From Eledone cirrhosa (taxonomy: Eukaryota), in the NCBI GenBank assembly GCA_964016885.1, contig OZ024743.1, positions 238,762,001-238,826,000 of the forward strand: a stretch of 64,000 nt of DNA. Reading direction: 5' to 3'. Within the stretch, counting starts at the first letter, position 1; each line of letters starts with the position of its first letter. The position numbers and the translations under genes are program-made. Shown piece after piece: positions 1-14,653 of the stretch. The notes beneath the pieces are model-generated. The model was not told the DNA's origin. It was given only the letters and a program-made list of their open reading frames with translations, and made no database searches.

Positions 1-289
1 GTGTGTAATGAGATGGCTGCAGTCATCCTATACCCGTAATTGTTGCGGGTCGGTAGTTGGCTGGTTTATCGCAAGGTAAGCACAAATTTAGGACATACGT
101 ATTCTAACTCTTCCTTGAGCGGTCTGAGTCTTGCTTGGGGGTCGATTATAGATTCATGTTTTACTTTTGCTTTGGTTCGTAGTTGGCGTAAGTTTCATTC
201 TGGTTGTACTTATGTTGACGTGTTTATATATATATATATAATATATAAAATAATATATAATATATATATTATATATATATATATATAGT

Positions 290-680
<391 letters not shown>

Positions 681-916
681 GTAATAATAATAAATTTGAA
701 GACTAAAATCCAAAGAGGGCTCGATAAGGATAGTATATACCAAATATATAAGAACCGAAGAGCAAATATTTATTAAAATAACAGATTAAAGTTTAAGCAA
801 AGAATCGCTGCTTTCACCCTTAACGGGATCTTCTGAAACTAAAAAAGTCAATCTGTGAACGCAGAAGTAAATATTTAGAAAAATGTAGGAAGCAGCGATT
901 AAACTTTAATCTGTTA

Positions 917-925
<9 letters not shown>
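681..925 (-). mobile_element. Penelope-like pLTR fragment (same family as 59285-61985) with hammerhead-like motif at 790-840
   Basis: Near-identical to the reverse complement of 58686-58850 and 61800-61985; short terminal inverted copy at 890-925; flanked by (TA)n. Confidence 0.8.
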
Positions 926-964
<39 letters not shown>

Positions 965-1431
965 GTGTATATAATTATCCAAATGAAGCTTTGAGAGAAT
1001 ACGAAGTTGATAGAAAAATGGGAAACTCAAACGCGAGAAATAACTGTTAAAACAGCCAAATGCCATAACTGCACAAATATTTATTTACTTTTACTATAAT
1101 CTATATTAGTAGGTTTCCAATAGGGACTGAAATCGAGGCCAAGGATCTTGTAAATCTTCGCTCTCCTGTTCTCTCCCTCCCCTCATCTTGGACATTCACT
1201 AGAGAACCTAAACGAAAGTGATTACCACTTCAAAAATCTCTTTACTGCTGTATAATAAAGTTTTATTACCAGGAATATATATTACAATATTGGAAGAATG
1301 TCTGCTCCCTCTCCAGCTACAAAACATTGGAGCCAAATATGCTTATTCTAATTTTATAGGCATAACACACGTATCCATTTCTGGAAAGGGCCTAACTGAG
1401 GTCAAACCCAAATTACTGGGCCAATCAAATT

Positions 1432-1625
1432 GATTTCTAATTTGGGAACAAGGCCAGGCAAATTGGGGGAAAAGGCAAAATTGATTTCATCAAGCCTAGT
1501 ACTTGACATTATTTTACCGACCCCAGTAGTATGAAATACAAAGTTAACCACGGCGAGTTTAGAAAGCAGAATGTAAAGAGCAAGAACATGTTATTTTTTC
1601 CGACGCTCTACCAATTTTGCCAATT
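1432..1625 (-). mobile_element. tRNA-derived (ATT)n SINE, long subfamily, diverged
   Basis: Degenerate match to 290-478 with an extra GGGGG/TTGATT insert before the tail. Confidence 0.7.
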
Positions 1626-3073
1626 TACCAAGAGCAAATCATAACGCCTAAGTCAGTGTGTGGCATTCGAGAGGACTGATGCATATAATCTTTGCTAGAA
1701 GGCAACTTCGGCAGTAATCAAGTGAGTAAGATAACCTGTTCAACAAATTTGTGGATTTGTAAAATTATTTTAAATATTGTAATCAAGGGACGTGTGTGGG
1801 ATGTTCTCAGAAAGTTTAGTGCCCACCCAAATAATTTTACCAGTGTAAACAAATAACGTATGTGGGAGGATTCTCAGAAAGTGTGGTCGTCCACTCAAAT
1901 TCGCGAATCTTCCCCGCGAGTTGCGCTCACAAATGATGGCATGAGTTGTTAGCGTTGAAAAGAATTTGAACCTGTCAGTGTGTATGTGTGCGTGTTTACT
2001 ATATGTGTACGAAGGGGTGTATAGAATGTGTGTGTGTGTGTGTGTACTATATGTGTGCGTAGGGGTGCATACTGTGCGTGTGTGTGCATATCTGAGAGTC
2101 TATTTGAAAATATAGTCCCCACAATGCAGATAATTATGATAATAGTTGAAAACTAGATAATTGTTGAATAAATCGGGTAAAGTATCTAGGATTCGAAAGA
2201 AGGGTGGACAGAGACGTTTGTGTAGTAGCGTCTATATTTTCAAATCCCAATGCTTTGAAAGTTACTCAAGTGTTATGTATGTATGTGTTATGTATGCATG
2301 TATGTGTTATGCATGTATGTATGTGTTATGTATGTATGTATGTGTTATGCATGTATGTGTTATGTATGTATGCCCGAAAACAAAACAAAAGAACATGACA
2401 AGAATTATGTTCTATTCATTTTCAGAGAGCAAACATATTCCCAGTCTCGCTTATTGGCCAACTTTGTTTTATGCAGATATGTAAAAAACAAAAACAAATA
2501 AGACTTATCTCCCCTTTGCTTAATTGCGATCTTTATATGAACGATAAGCAGCATAGATACCCCCCCCCCGCGCCCCCGCCCCCAACAAAAAAAAATACAG
2601 TTGTTTTTTTATAATATACGTAGGTATTGAATCTTTCCTTTTTGTGTTTTATGGCTGTTGTTATATACATATCCAAACTACATTCTTTGAAGTCAGGCTT
2701 GTGTGACCTTTTCCCTGTTACTCCTAGGACACAGCTGATAACCTCTCCGCCTCACTCTGTTACAACTTCTCAAGGGAGACTATTATAAGGTAGGGGGTCA
2801 ATATATATAAAAAAGGATTAACAAGCAAACAAATGAAAAAAAAAACAACGACTAATTTATCCCCTAACAACTACCGGTTCTATAACCTCCACGAAAGAAA
2901 ACAACAACAAAAAACCCTAAATAACTAACACAAATATATAAAAAAAATGCTACAACCCCATCCATACAGACCTCCCTCCATTCCGTCCGTACCACCAGGA
3001 GTGTAATATATGTTGTAATAACTTAAGATGGATATTAAGCAACGTGGTAATAGGAATGATGATAGCATTATTA

Positions 3074-3188
3074 ATAATAATAACTGGTTCTACTTTTGGC
3101 ACAAGGCCAGCAAATACCTAGTACATTACTGGTATTTTATTTGATCGACCCCGTAAGGATGAAAGGCAAAGTTAACCTCGACGGGATT
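3074..3188 (-). mobile_element. 5'-truncated (ATT)n SINE with 17-bp TSD
   Basis: SINE 3' half flanked by ATTATTAATAATAATAA at 3067-3083 and 3186-3202. Confidence 0.85.
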
Positions 3189-3361
3189 ATTAATAATAAT
3201 AATTGTATACATATACCTATATACACATACATATATATATACATATATATCTATATCAATATCTATATCTATGTATTTACATTTATATATCTATACACTT
3301 ACAAGCATACACGCACATATATATGCATGTAAATATATTTGTATTTATATATGTACACATC

Positions 3362-3431
<70 letters not shown>

Positions 3432-3866
3432 GTATATGTATATATATATATATATATATTTATGTATATATATATATATACGCGCGTGTGTGTGTCCATG
3501 TGTACATATATAAATACAAATATATTTACATGCATATATATGTGTGTGTATGCTTGTAAGTGTATAGATATATAAACGTAAGCTCAAGTTTTATGATTAG
3601 ATTCACCAAGAGAGAAGGGAAAATATGTATACATATATATATATATATATGTGTGTGTGTGTCTGTATATATGTATATATATATATATATTATATAGATA
3701 TAAATATATGTATATATAGATGTTCATATTATGTATATATATTTGATGTGTGTGTGTGTATATATATATATTTATATATATACATATATTTATAAGTATA
3801 TATATATATATATTTATACATATGTATATATATATAAATATATGTATATATACACACATACATACA

Positions 3867-3935
<69 letters not shown>

Positions 3936-3987
3936 ATATATATATATGTATAATATGTATATATATATATATATATGTATATATATG

Positions 3988-4134
<147 letters not shown>

Positions 4135-4149
4135 GTATATATATATATG

Positions 4150-4244
<95 letters not shown>

Positions 4245-4691
4245 ATATATGTACATGCGCACAAAACGGGTCAACAATCCCTGAAGCCCCAAGAGTGAAA
4301 TAGATGGAAAGTTCATTTAGCCGACAGAAACATTATTTTTGTTTTAAGTGTTTTCTATATTTTTATTTTTTTATGTTTTTGCTCTTACTTATTTTTTGAG
4401 GGATGGATAATTCTGGTTTTGCTCCATTGCTGTTTTATGTTTCATTATCTTACGATGTCCGGCGATTATCATCATCATCATCAACAACAGAAGCGTTATT
4501 GTCAATATCCTAATTTTCAGCAGCACCAGCAGCAGCTGCAGCAGTATTATCATCAACATCATCGTCATCGTTATTGTCAATATCCTGGACATCATACACA
4601 CATCATCAATGTCGCCATGATCATCATAGCTATGGTCGTCCTTACTTTAATATTATTCATAGTATTATTGATATTATTATTTATATTTTTC

Positions 4692-4838
4692 AGTTCACAT
4701 CCCATCGAAGTTAGCTAAGCATTTCATCCTTACGGAGTCGAGAAAATAAAGTACCAGTCATGCACTGGTCTCGATTTGGTTGACTTTCCCCTTCCCTTGA
4801 AACAAATTGCTGGCCTTGTGCTCAGAAACAATTATTAT
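4692..4838 (+). mobile_element. 5'-truncated (ATT)n SINE (long subfamily) with 20-bp TSD
   Basis: Runs from the B box to AGAAACAATTATT; TSD ATTATTATT(T/A)ATATTTTTCA at 4673-4692 and 4831-4850. Confidence 0.85.
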
Positions 4839-5037
4839 TAATATTTTTCATGCAGTGTCTCACTCTGTTGATTTATATATATATTTGTTTTGCAAGTTTA
4901 TTTTAATATGAAATCGTGTGTAGAAACAAATATATATATATATGTATATATAATCAAGAAAGTAAGTGTTAGTAAAATCCATTACTTCAGTATGCGGATA
5001 GGGAGCACTCAACGGAGATATAAGTTCCGGAGTTATA

Positions 5038-5276
5038 ATAGTGACAAAACATAAGTCAATTGCATGAACTCATAATCCTTTATTTACTGCTATATATATT
5101 TCGATGATAGCCATTGAATGGCTATGGCCCCGTCAACACTATAAACACAGAGCTGGCATATCTAAGAACTGACTAACTGCCTGATGAGGTCATAGCCATT
5201 CAATGGCTATCATCGAAATATCTATAGCAGTAAATAAAGGATTGAGTTCATGCAATTGACTTATGTTTCGTCACTA
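5038..5276. mobile_element. Fold-back Penelope-type pLTR fragment
   Basis: About 95-bp inverted arms 5038-5134 and 5182-5276, followed by (TA)n; contains a hammerhead. Confidence 0.8.
5176..5231 (+). ncRNA. Type I hammerhead ribozyme (minimal, palindromic helix III)
   Basis: ACTGC-CTGATGA-G..ATAGCCAT/ATGGCTAT..C-GAAA-TATCTA (TATATA in the other arm)-TA-GCAGT. Confidence 0.85.
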
Positions 5277-5300
5277 TATATATATATATATATATAGATA

Positions 5301-5381
<81 letters not shown>

Positions 5382-5585
5382 AAATGAGGGTTTTAAAGCA
5401 AAAAAGGAAAAGAAAAAATGTGATGTCCTACACAGGTGAAAGTATAGGGAAAAGAAATTGAAAATGCAAGTGGAATCTTTTAAGAATATTTATTCATTTA
5501 CTTTACCGGTTTCTCCGTTCTTATGATTTCATATAGTAAAATTGAGATGGAGGGTTTGTGTTTCTGTTGTGGTTTGTCTCGATAT

Positions 5586-5640
<55 letters not shown>

Positions 5641-5713
5641 ATATATATATAATATAGAAATGGCTTCTACAGAACTAGAACAGTTTCATTGGGGAGAAAT
5701 CATCAAGAAGCCC

Positions 5714-5764
5714 GGCTTCCTGATGATTTCTCCCGAATGAAACAGTTCTAGTCCTGTAGAAGCC
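5714..5764 (+). ncRNA. Type I hammerhead ribozyme within palindrome 5651-5775
   Basis: GGCTTC-CTGATGA-T TTC TCCC GAA T-GAAA-CAG..CTG-TA-GAAGCC; the paralogue at 32817 has a compensatory helix I. Confidence 0.8.
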
Positions 5765-6120
5765 ATTTCTATATTAAATATTTATACTCAGCTATGTATT
5801 GGGTACCTTACTTGCTGTGGTTACCCCCCCCCCCTCCTCCCCATCCGATTGAACCCGGGTTAAGCGTATGTATGTATGGTTTGGCGGCAGCATATGTGTA
5901 TCTTTATTGTGTATGCAATATATATTATTCTGTTTCTGGCGTGTGTATGAGTCTATGAGTTAATATGCTCCAATGATTAAACATAAATAAGACATTTCAT
6001 TTACCTATTTAGTTAATCATGGCACCACCATTCTTAGGTTGCGTATTCATTTGGAAGAAGAACTTCCCTAAAGTTTACCATTTATTGAACGATAAACACA
6101 TCATATTTACACACTCACAG

Positions 6121-6210
<90 letters not shown>

Positions 6211-6268
6211 GTATATATGAATGTACATGTTTCCAAAAGTCAATATATGGAAAAAGATGTACGGTGTC

Positions 6269-6323
<55 letters not shown>

Positions 6324-6399
6324 ATATACACACACATATATGTATATATATATTTACATACATATATATATATGTACATATACTTACATACACGCGTAT

Positions 6400-6436
<37 letters not shown>

Positions 6437-6663
6437 CATACATACATCCATATATATATATATATATGTACATATATATATATTTATATATATACACAAC
6501 TATATATACATATACACACAAATATATATACATATACGTATAGATATATACATATACACATACACACATATATATTATTGTTCCTTTATCTTCACTCCCA
6601 AGCGTCAATCTAATAAGACTGTTTTTGCATCTGTTTTTATCTTGATTATTCCTGGAATTATAT

Positions 6664-6703
<40 letters not shown>

Positions 6704-7273
6704 TTATATATACATATACAACAATATATATATAGGGATTGCTGATACCATCTATCTGTCGCAACCCCGGGTAGAAGGAGCAGCGTGAAATAAAATGTCT
6801 TGCTCAAAGACTCAAACTAGATATCTAATCATAATTAAACAATGATTAATTTCTCATATTATATACGTATATTCCATTCATGAATATTAATATTTCTAAT
6901 TTTATTTATTAATTTCATCACAATTGTTAACTCAACTTAATATGACATGACTTACGGTTTTCGTTCTCTCCCCCCTCTCTCTATCTCTTATTTCACTCTC
7001 TTGAGTTTTTTCTCTCTGTCTGATGGTTTGATATCTCTCTGTTGCTTTCCTCTGTTTTCTTATTTTTTCTTTTTTCTTCTTTTCTTTCCTCTTTTTCTTT
7101 ATTTATCTCTCCCTTTTTCTCCACGCTTTTCTCTCTCCGTCTTTTGTACTTATCCTTAACACTACGACTTACTAAAATAATATAAACAAACCACAATCTT
7201 GATGTCCTCCAAAAGTAATTGTCGCATTTTGAAAGGGTACGTCAATGCTTATTTGTAAAACTGATATATATTG

Positions 7274-7338
7274 TATTTTGTTTGATGAAGGCATACCAAA
7301 ATTTAACTTGGTATCCTTGAAATATGTATAATGAAATA
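7274..7338 (+). ncRNA. Hammerhead motif, C3U-mutated copy of the 38786 family
   Basis: TTGATGA-AGGCATACCA..TGGTATCCTT-GAAA-TATGTA-TA-ATGAAATA; region 7180-7380 is homologous to 38680-38892. Confidence 0.65.
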
Positions 7339-7378
7339 AATATGGTTTTATAAATATAGTTTCCATTTGTTAATATCG

Positions 7379-7412
<34 letters not shown>

Positions 7413-7561
7413 TATATATATATTTATATATATATAAATATATTTATATATATATATATTTATATATTATATATATATATTTATATATATGCAGAGTATA
7501 TATATATATATATTTATATAAATATATATTTATATATATATATTTATATATTATATATATA

Positions 7562-8058
<497 letters not shown>

Positions 8059-8893
8059 TATACATAATGTCAACACCATAACATGCTAACCACAAACACA
8101 CACACAATATCTCTTCATCTTAACATGCTAACCATACTCCCCGACACACATAACACCCATACACACACATAACACCTCCACACACATACAACTCCCTCCC
8201 CCATTCCTACTAATAGAATCACTTTCCTACTCACATATACACACACAAAATATATATATTCTCTCCATCTTAACATACTCCCACACGCACACATCAAACC
8301 CATACACAAACACACACACAACTCCCTCCCCCATTTCTACTAATAGATCATCTTCCTATACACACACACACACAAGCACACAAATAAACATACATATCTT
8401 TACTTTCTTTATTTCAATAGAAATTCTGAATTCTGACACTCCAGCGACCCAACCATATTCACTGAACCAGAACAATTCTCCCATCCCATTTCTCTTGACC
8501 ATTATCTTTTGTTTGTCATAATATTCTCTAAAAGGCTACAAAATAAATTAACAAATACGGGCTAGAAATTTAATGAACTTGTTCACGTGACAGTCATAAT
8601 TTCATTTATAACCAATCAAATTACATTTATTTAAAAAAAGCCTTCGTGGGCCCCATTTTTTTGAAGTAAAAAGAAATTCAAACACTCATATATGAAAAAA
8701 ATAACCTGATCCCCTCTGTTTGAAGAACTTTGTAATGCGAACTGGCGCGAAATTTATTATACTTATTGCCCAACCAATCAAATTACTTCTCTAAAAACCT
8801 GACGTTTCGAGTCACTTTTTTCCATATAAAACAAGTAACATTCAAAGACCAACCAGATGTGAGAAAAACCACAGACCCTCCCTCTCAACTCTA

Positions 8894-8929
8894 CTTTTGA
8901 AAAGCAGAAGAACTGCGAAACCGGTAAAG
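8894..8929 (+). ncRNA. Minimal hammerhead, U3-A8 core variant, in the PLE pLTR
   Basis: CTT-TTGAAAA-GCAG AAGAA CTGC-GAAA-CCGG-TA-AAG, about 170 nt upstream of the ORF1 ATG. Confidence 0.7.
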
Positions 8930-9095
8930 GAACCAAATAAATATATATATATTTTTTAAAATAAGACTCCAGTTGCATTTTCGATTTCATCTTTTTTTCT
9001 TTATACGTTCACTCGTGTAGGACACCTCGGTTATTTTTCATTTTGTAAAAAAAAACCTCACTTTCTAATACATACCCACCACACGAAGACCGAAA

Positions 9096-10311
9096 ATGTC
9101 ACCAAAGTCTCAACAAAACAACAACTCACTGAACCAGGACATCTTAAATGTACTCAAAGAGATTTCTTCTAAACTCTCAATTTTGACCAACAAAGTGGAC
9201 CAAATAGACATCTATAAAAAAGGACCCCACGAAGAAACAGAAAATACCCAAGAGCCTAATATTACTCCAGCATTAACTAAACTAACCGAAACCATTGAAA
9301 CAGCAATGCTCCAAAAGCTGGAACAACCATTAGAACCCAATCTACGAGAAGCCCACTCAGTGAAAAACACCCTAATCAATATATGGACTCAAAAGCTCAC
9401 AGCCCACAAATTCGCTTTTGGAATCTCCTAAAAAATAATGGCAAGGCAGACATATATGAAAAGTGGCTAAACTCTACCCCAATCATCCTCCCCAAAAAAC
9501 TCCAAATAAAACCCATCCCGAATGAACCAGAAAACCAACAAAAACTTAGGGAAAATATGGCGTTAGAAAAGTTTAAAATAGAAATAGAACTGTTGCGATT
9601 AAGAGCCAACTCCAACGAAGAAAAATTCAAGTCACTCGACCAACAGATGGACACAGAAATCTCAAGGCACTCTGAAGGCCTACTCTATGAAAAAACCTTA
9701 AAACTTTGGAAAGAAAACTGTGAGGATGAAGAACTAACATCCCTCCAACAATGGGAAAAAACGCGACCTGGTTCAACAACTACGAAATGGATTTAAAAAA
9801 TGAACAACATACAGCTAACCCATTTTTAAAACAAACTAAAACTCACACACCACATGCACAATAAATAACAAAAAAAGTAACAAAACATGCACAACAAATG
9901 ACAAAAAAAGTAACAAAACGTCCAACATCCCCCCAGCAAAACTATAACGATAATCCCAGAACCCATAGAGAAAACTATAACCCTACTAACAAAAGCCGAA
10001 GATCCCCAATACAAGACAGGACCCGATCTGCATATCACAACCCACACAAAACCTATTCCAAAACCGTAGACTCCTGCCCACACAGAGCCTGTTCCAAAAT
10101 CGTAGATCCCAACCCACACAAAGGAACAAAATCTACAACCCGGACTATCAACAAACCGAACCTCAATACGCCAGAAACGTCTATACAAGACCACACAACA
10201 GGGGAAATAATACCATTGAAAAAACATTCCAGAAAAATCATTTTTTTAGACCAAGGCTACAGGACCCACGACACCCGGTGGCACAAACCGATTTTGAAAC
10301 ACCGAAAATAA
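9096..10311 (+). pseudogene. Upstream ORF1 of the PLE (helical/coiled-coil-like with a basic low-complexity tail, about 400 aa, two frameshifts)
   Basis: ORFs 9096-9431, 9383-9796 and ~9760-10311 join across single-base slips; E/K/L/Q-rich. Confidence 0.6.
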
Positions 10312-11347
10312 CCAACCTTTCAAATACAAACAAGTAAACATTCTCTCCAAAGGACTGAAATTCAAACAAACGCCACAATACTCTAACCTCAATGATATAA
10401 TTGACGATATCTCACACTTCTGTAGAAAATTACGTCTCACAGAGGAGTTCTTTGACAAGGAGAATAACGACCAATCAATTGTACGGAATAAAAGCAGTTA
10501 CAACCCAACAAAAGGTAGAAACAGAGTTCTGGGTAAATTTTGTGAACACATAGCTACTTTCCCATACCATGAACTACTGCAACCTAAACTCAAACCCAAC
10601 ACGAGTCGAAGGGAATGGGAGATTATCCATGAAGTAAAAAACAATACGGACATTATAATTAAGGAAGCGGAAAAGGGAAGTACTGTTGTCATTATGGATG
10701 CTGAAAAACATAAAAATTCTATGTTCTCTCTCTTACAAAATACTAATTACTATGAAAGAGTAAAAAAGTACCAGCAATCAAAAACAATGACCAGATTAAA
10801 CACACTGATTTTTCGATACCAGGAAGACTTAACTAAACAGGAACGCGTTATTTAACACATTTTGAATACAAAACCAGCAACCTTTACGGACTTCCGAAGA
10901 TCCACAAGTGTAAAATAATTAACGATGCCTGTAAACAATCCACCTCAGCCTGCGTGAACCCACAATACCCCACATACCTTAAATTAAGACAAATCGTAGC
11001 GGGCCCACAATGTGAAACACACAGACTGAGCAACTTTATAGACATACTACTAAAACCAATTCTCAAACACATACCAAACCTTGTAAGAGACGATCTGGAC
11101 CTCTTAAACCACCTCCCCAAATATGTCAATAACGACACTATTATTGTGTCTTTCGATGTACTGAATCTCTATACAACGATCCCACACCAATACGGACTAG
11201 AAGCAATAGGATTCTGGCTAGAGAAATATCCCAATGAGATACTTGGCAGAATAGAAAAAAGCTTCATCACCGCGGGATTAAAATTTATCTACAGAACAAC
11301 TTTTTTGATTTTGATGGTAGTACTTACAAGCAAATATCGGGGACCGC
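10245..11347 (+). pseudogene. PLE reverse transcriptase ORF (frameshifted, truncated after motif QxxG)
   Basis: IIIKEAEKGSTVVIMD, FYGLPKIHK, LRQIVAGP, SFDVLNLYTTIPH, YKQISGTA. Confidence 0.9.
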
Positions 11348-11396
11348 TATATATATATGGGAAAATTGTTTTATGGAGTATATAAAGTGTATGGAA

Positions 11397-11439
11397 AAAT
11401 TACCGATTTCGATGTATTAAAATCCATCTTGTCAAATTC
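11397..11439 (-). ncRNA. Minimal hammerhead, U3-A8 variant, in pLTR fragment 11350-11590
   Basis: Minus strand: GAAT-TTGACAA-GATG..CATC-GAAA-TCGG-TA-ATTT. Confidence 0.6.
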
Positions 11440-12004
11440 AGTGAAAAAAGTTAATTAAAAAGGGAGTAAAAAGAGTGATTAAAATTAAAATTAAAATCAA
11501 AAACGAATGTTTGAGCCAAATTTCTTCCATCATACCTTCTGAAAGGTTGGCATGGAATGAGGCCAAGTTGTTTTATTTAATCGAGTGGTCAATAGTTCAA
11601 AAGGGGGTAGGTTTTTTTTTCCATTTATCGTTCTCGGTACGCCCGGCCGACTAACTCACTCGATATGCAAATTATGCTGCTCAGCCGTTAATAAGCATAA
11701 GGAAAGTATATACTTCAATCATCTGACAGGAAGGTATACGATGCTGACGATAGCTAATAAGCTTGAAACTAGTTCATCATTCCTTTGAGAGTGTTGAACA
11801 AAAAGACGACGATGGTTGCCGAACACTGTACGGCTTAATTCGGGCTGTTTGTTTACAAATAAGTCGAACATTGTAATGAATATTCGGTGAACCCATACGT
11901 ACATATATATATGTGTGCATGTATGTATATATATACATACTACTGTACGTCTTTATACATATATGTATGTACGTATACATACTTACATATATATATATAT
12001 ATAT

Positions 12005-12039
<35 letters not shown>

Positions 12040-12523
12040 ACAAAAGCAAACAACGTTCAATTGTGAATTGAAACCGTGTCTGTCAAATTCATGTGGTTGG
12101 ACATGTGCGATAGTTAATGTTTCTAAAGAAAACTGGCCACATGCCGTTGAAAATATTAACATATTTCGATGGTCTTCTGACAGTGTTGTTGAATGGCATC
12201 AGTTTAAATTTCTCTGTTAATTACTATTTTGACACCATTTGTCACTAATCATCTGTCCCGTTCTGCAGTAATTGTTACCACTTCGCTTCACACCTTCCTT
12301 CAAATGAATCAGCGTGCTCAATTAGTAAAACGAAACCGTCTTCAGTTAACTTTTTGTTTTGCTTGGTTGTGTGTTTTGAAGTTATTCATTTGTTTGTATC
12401 TTTTAAGTTAAAAATATATATTTTTTTAAATATTATATTTCTCCCACTTTCCTCTCGTGGAAAATACAGAGCAGAGAGTCAGAGAGAGAGAGAGGGAGGA
12501 TAGAGAGATAGATAGATAGATAA

Positions 12524-12595
<72 letters not shown>

Positions 12596-12735
12596 GTGGG
12601 GAAGTTGGGAGATGATGATGTTACTGGACAGAAAAAATACTGATATGTATATATGTATATGTGTGTGTGTGTGAGAGTGAGTGTACAAGTATTCATATAT
12701 ATATATATATATATGTTTATAATATATATGAATAT

Positions 12736-12773
<38 letters not shown>

Positions 12774-12958
12774 AAGAGGGAGAGAGAGAAATAAAGCTAG
12801 AGGGAGGGTAAAAAGAAAAAAACAAAAGTATTCCATGTCACTTTTTTTATTTGATAATTTTCTGAGTGAAATTAGTTTTGGTGTATTTTATTGTTTTAAA
12901 TATTTTCTGTCTAAACAATTGTGATTTGAGGAGGAAGGTTGAGGAGGAGACAGGGCAA

Positions 12959-13012
<54 letters not shown>

Positions 13013-13390
13013 AAGAAGAAGAGCCAAACAACAGCTAAAACAACAGACTACTGGAGTTCCATATTATACCATAACCAGCCTCCATACCAGCAAGTTTCGA
13101 GGATCAACACTCATTGGAATCAAATCGATGTTCACCTTACCTGTATCGAAGAAATGCATAATCATGAGAAGCATGTGGACCTTCAACATTGGGGTGTATA
13201 TGGATTTTCCTCTTTTTTTTTAAAGTTAAAAGTGTGTAAGTCGTAGGGACGCCGTATTGACGTACAGCGTTTGTAGCGCAATTTTAAACCTGGCGGATCC
13301 CACTGCCACTCCCACTCCAGGCATGAATACTGCAAATTTCTTAGGATAGAGAGTGAGAGAATGAAAGTGAGAAAAAAATATAGAGGAAGA

Positions 13391-13545
13391 ATCGACCCAG
13401 TACTAGACTGGTACTCTTTTTATCGACCTCGAATTGATGAAAGGCAAAGTTGACCTGGGTGGGATTTGAACTCAGAGAGTAGTGAATCGAAACGAATACA
13501 GCAAAACATTCTGCCCGACGTTCTAACTTCTCTGCCAATTCGCCA
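13391..13545 (-). mobile_element. tRNA-derived SINE, diverged copy
   Basis: TGGTAC..TTTTATCGACC..GATGAAAGGCAAAGTTGACC..GGATTTGAACTCAG on the plus strand. Confidence 0.75.
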
Positions 13546-13559
13546 CCTTGTATATATGG

Positions 13560-14100
13560 CTATACATCTACTCAAACAGGACCGAAGCTTAATTAATCAA
13601 GTTTTCCCCAATTTCGTAATCCACCATTCCAATGAGGAGTGGCTGTGTGAAAGAACAATCCTTTTCCCCTGAAACATCACAGGGAAGGCCATCAACACAA
13701 ATCTATCACAAATGATCCATGGACGTTGCCAGGCCCTTTAAAGTTGTCGACGAGGATGCATCTATTCATTATCTCATTGAATTTCTCAACAGTCTGGGAA
13801 TGTTCGGTATGCTGCCACAGAACCTTGAATTAAAGAAAGGCGCAGTCATCATTCTTGTCAGAAACCTGAATCAGCCAAAATTGTGCAATGAGACGCGTAT
13901 GGATATAGAAAGGGAGACATCGTATATATACATAGAATAGCGCTATTACTAACAGATGTCACCTTTCATTTCAAACGATTGCAATTCCCAGTGAGGTCAA
14001 GCACTGCAGGTTGTCGGTCTTCATCTAGAAGAGGGCTGTTTCTCATATAGTCAATAGTATGTAGGTTGTTCCAGAGTATCGAGTCCCAACAAATTTGTTT
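13560..14100 (+). mobile_element. Helitron PIF1-like helicase remnant
   Basis: WLCERTILFP, IEFLNSL..LPQNLELKKGAVIILVRNLNQPKLCN, FKRLQFPVR, GLHLEEGCFS..YVGCSRV. Confidence 0.85.
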
Positions 14101-14405
14101 ATATATGTTCAAAAGAAAAAGTTAAATACATTAAATATACTGAGTCTCTGTAAATCTATACTATAATAAGAACCGTGTCTGTCAGTCCATCTGCCACGCT
14201 CTCTATATAGAGGGTAGGAAATACTACTCTACCTCTCACTCACTCCACCTCCTCCTCTCTCTAACTAACTAAAATGAAACGTGAAAACAAACAAAAATAC
14301 GGAGATTTTTAGGGTGTTTCTGTATGTGTATGCTTATTTCTTTGTGTATGTGTGTGACCTCCAAAATATAGACAACATAACAAAATAAGTCTATCACTAT
14401 AATGG

Positions 14406-14610
14406 TTAATTATATAGGCACAAGGCCAGCAATTTTGGGGGGAGGAGAAAGTCGATTAAATCGACCCCAGTGTATTACTGGTACTTTATTTTATCGACCC
14501 CATAAGGATGAAAGGCAAAGTTAACCTCGGTAGGATTTGAACTCAGACCATTAAGGGCCCTAACTATGCTCCAAAGCATGGTGTCCGACTCTCTACCCAT
14601 ACTACTGCTA
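14406..14610 (-). mobile_element. tRNA-derived (ATT)n SINE, long subfamily
   Basis: Matches 290-478 plus a GGGGGAGGAGAAAGTCGATTAAATCGACCCC insert. Confidence 0.9.
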
Positions 14611-14653
14611 CAGGTCGTCATTGTTGTCATTGTTGTCTTGTTATTATTATTAT

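Noticed and set aside
4419-4718. His/Gln-rich ORF with a hydrophobic tail
   Set aside because: Degenerate (CAT)/(CAG)/(ATT) trinucleotide repeats running into a SINE
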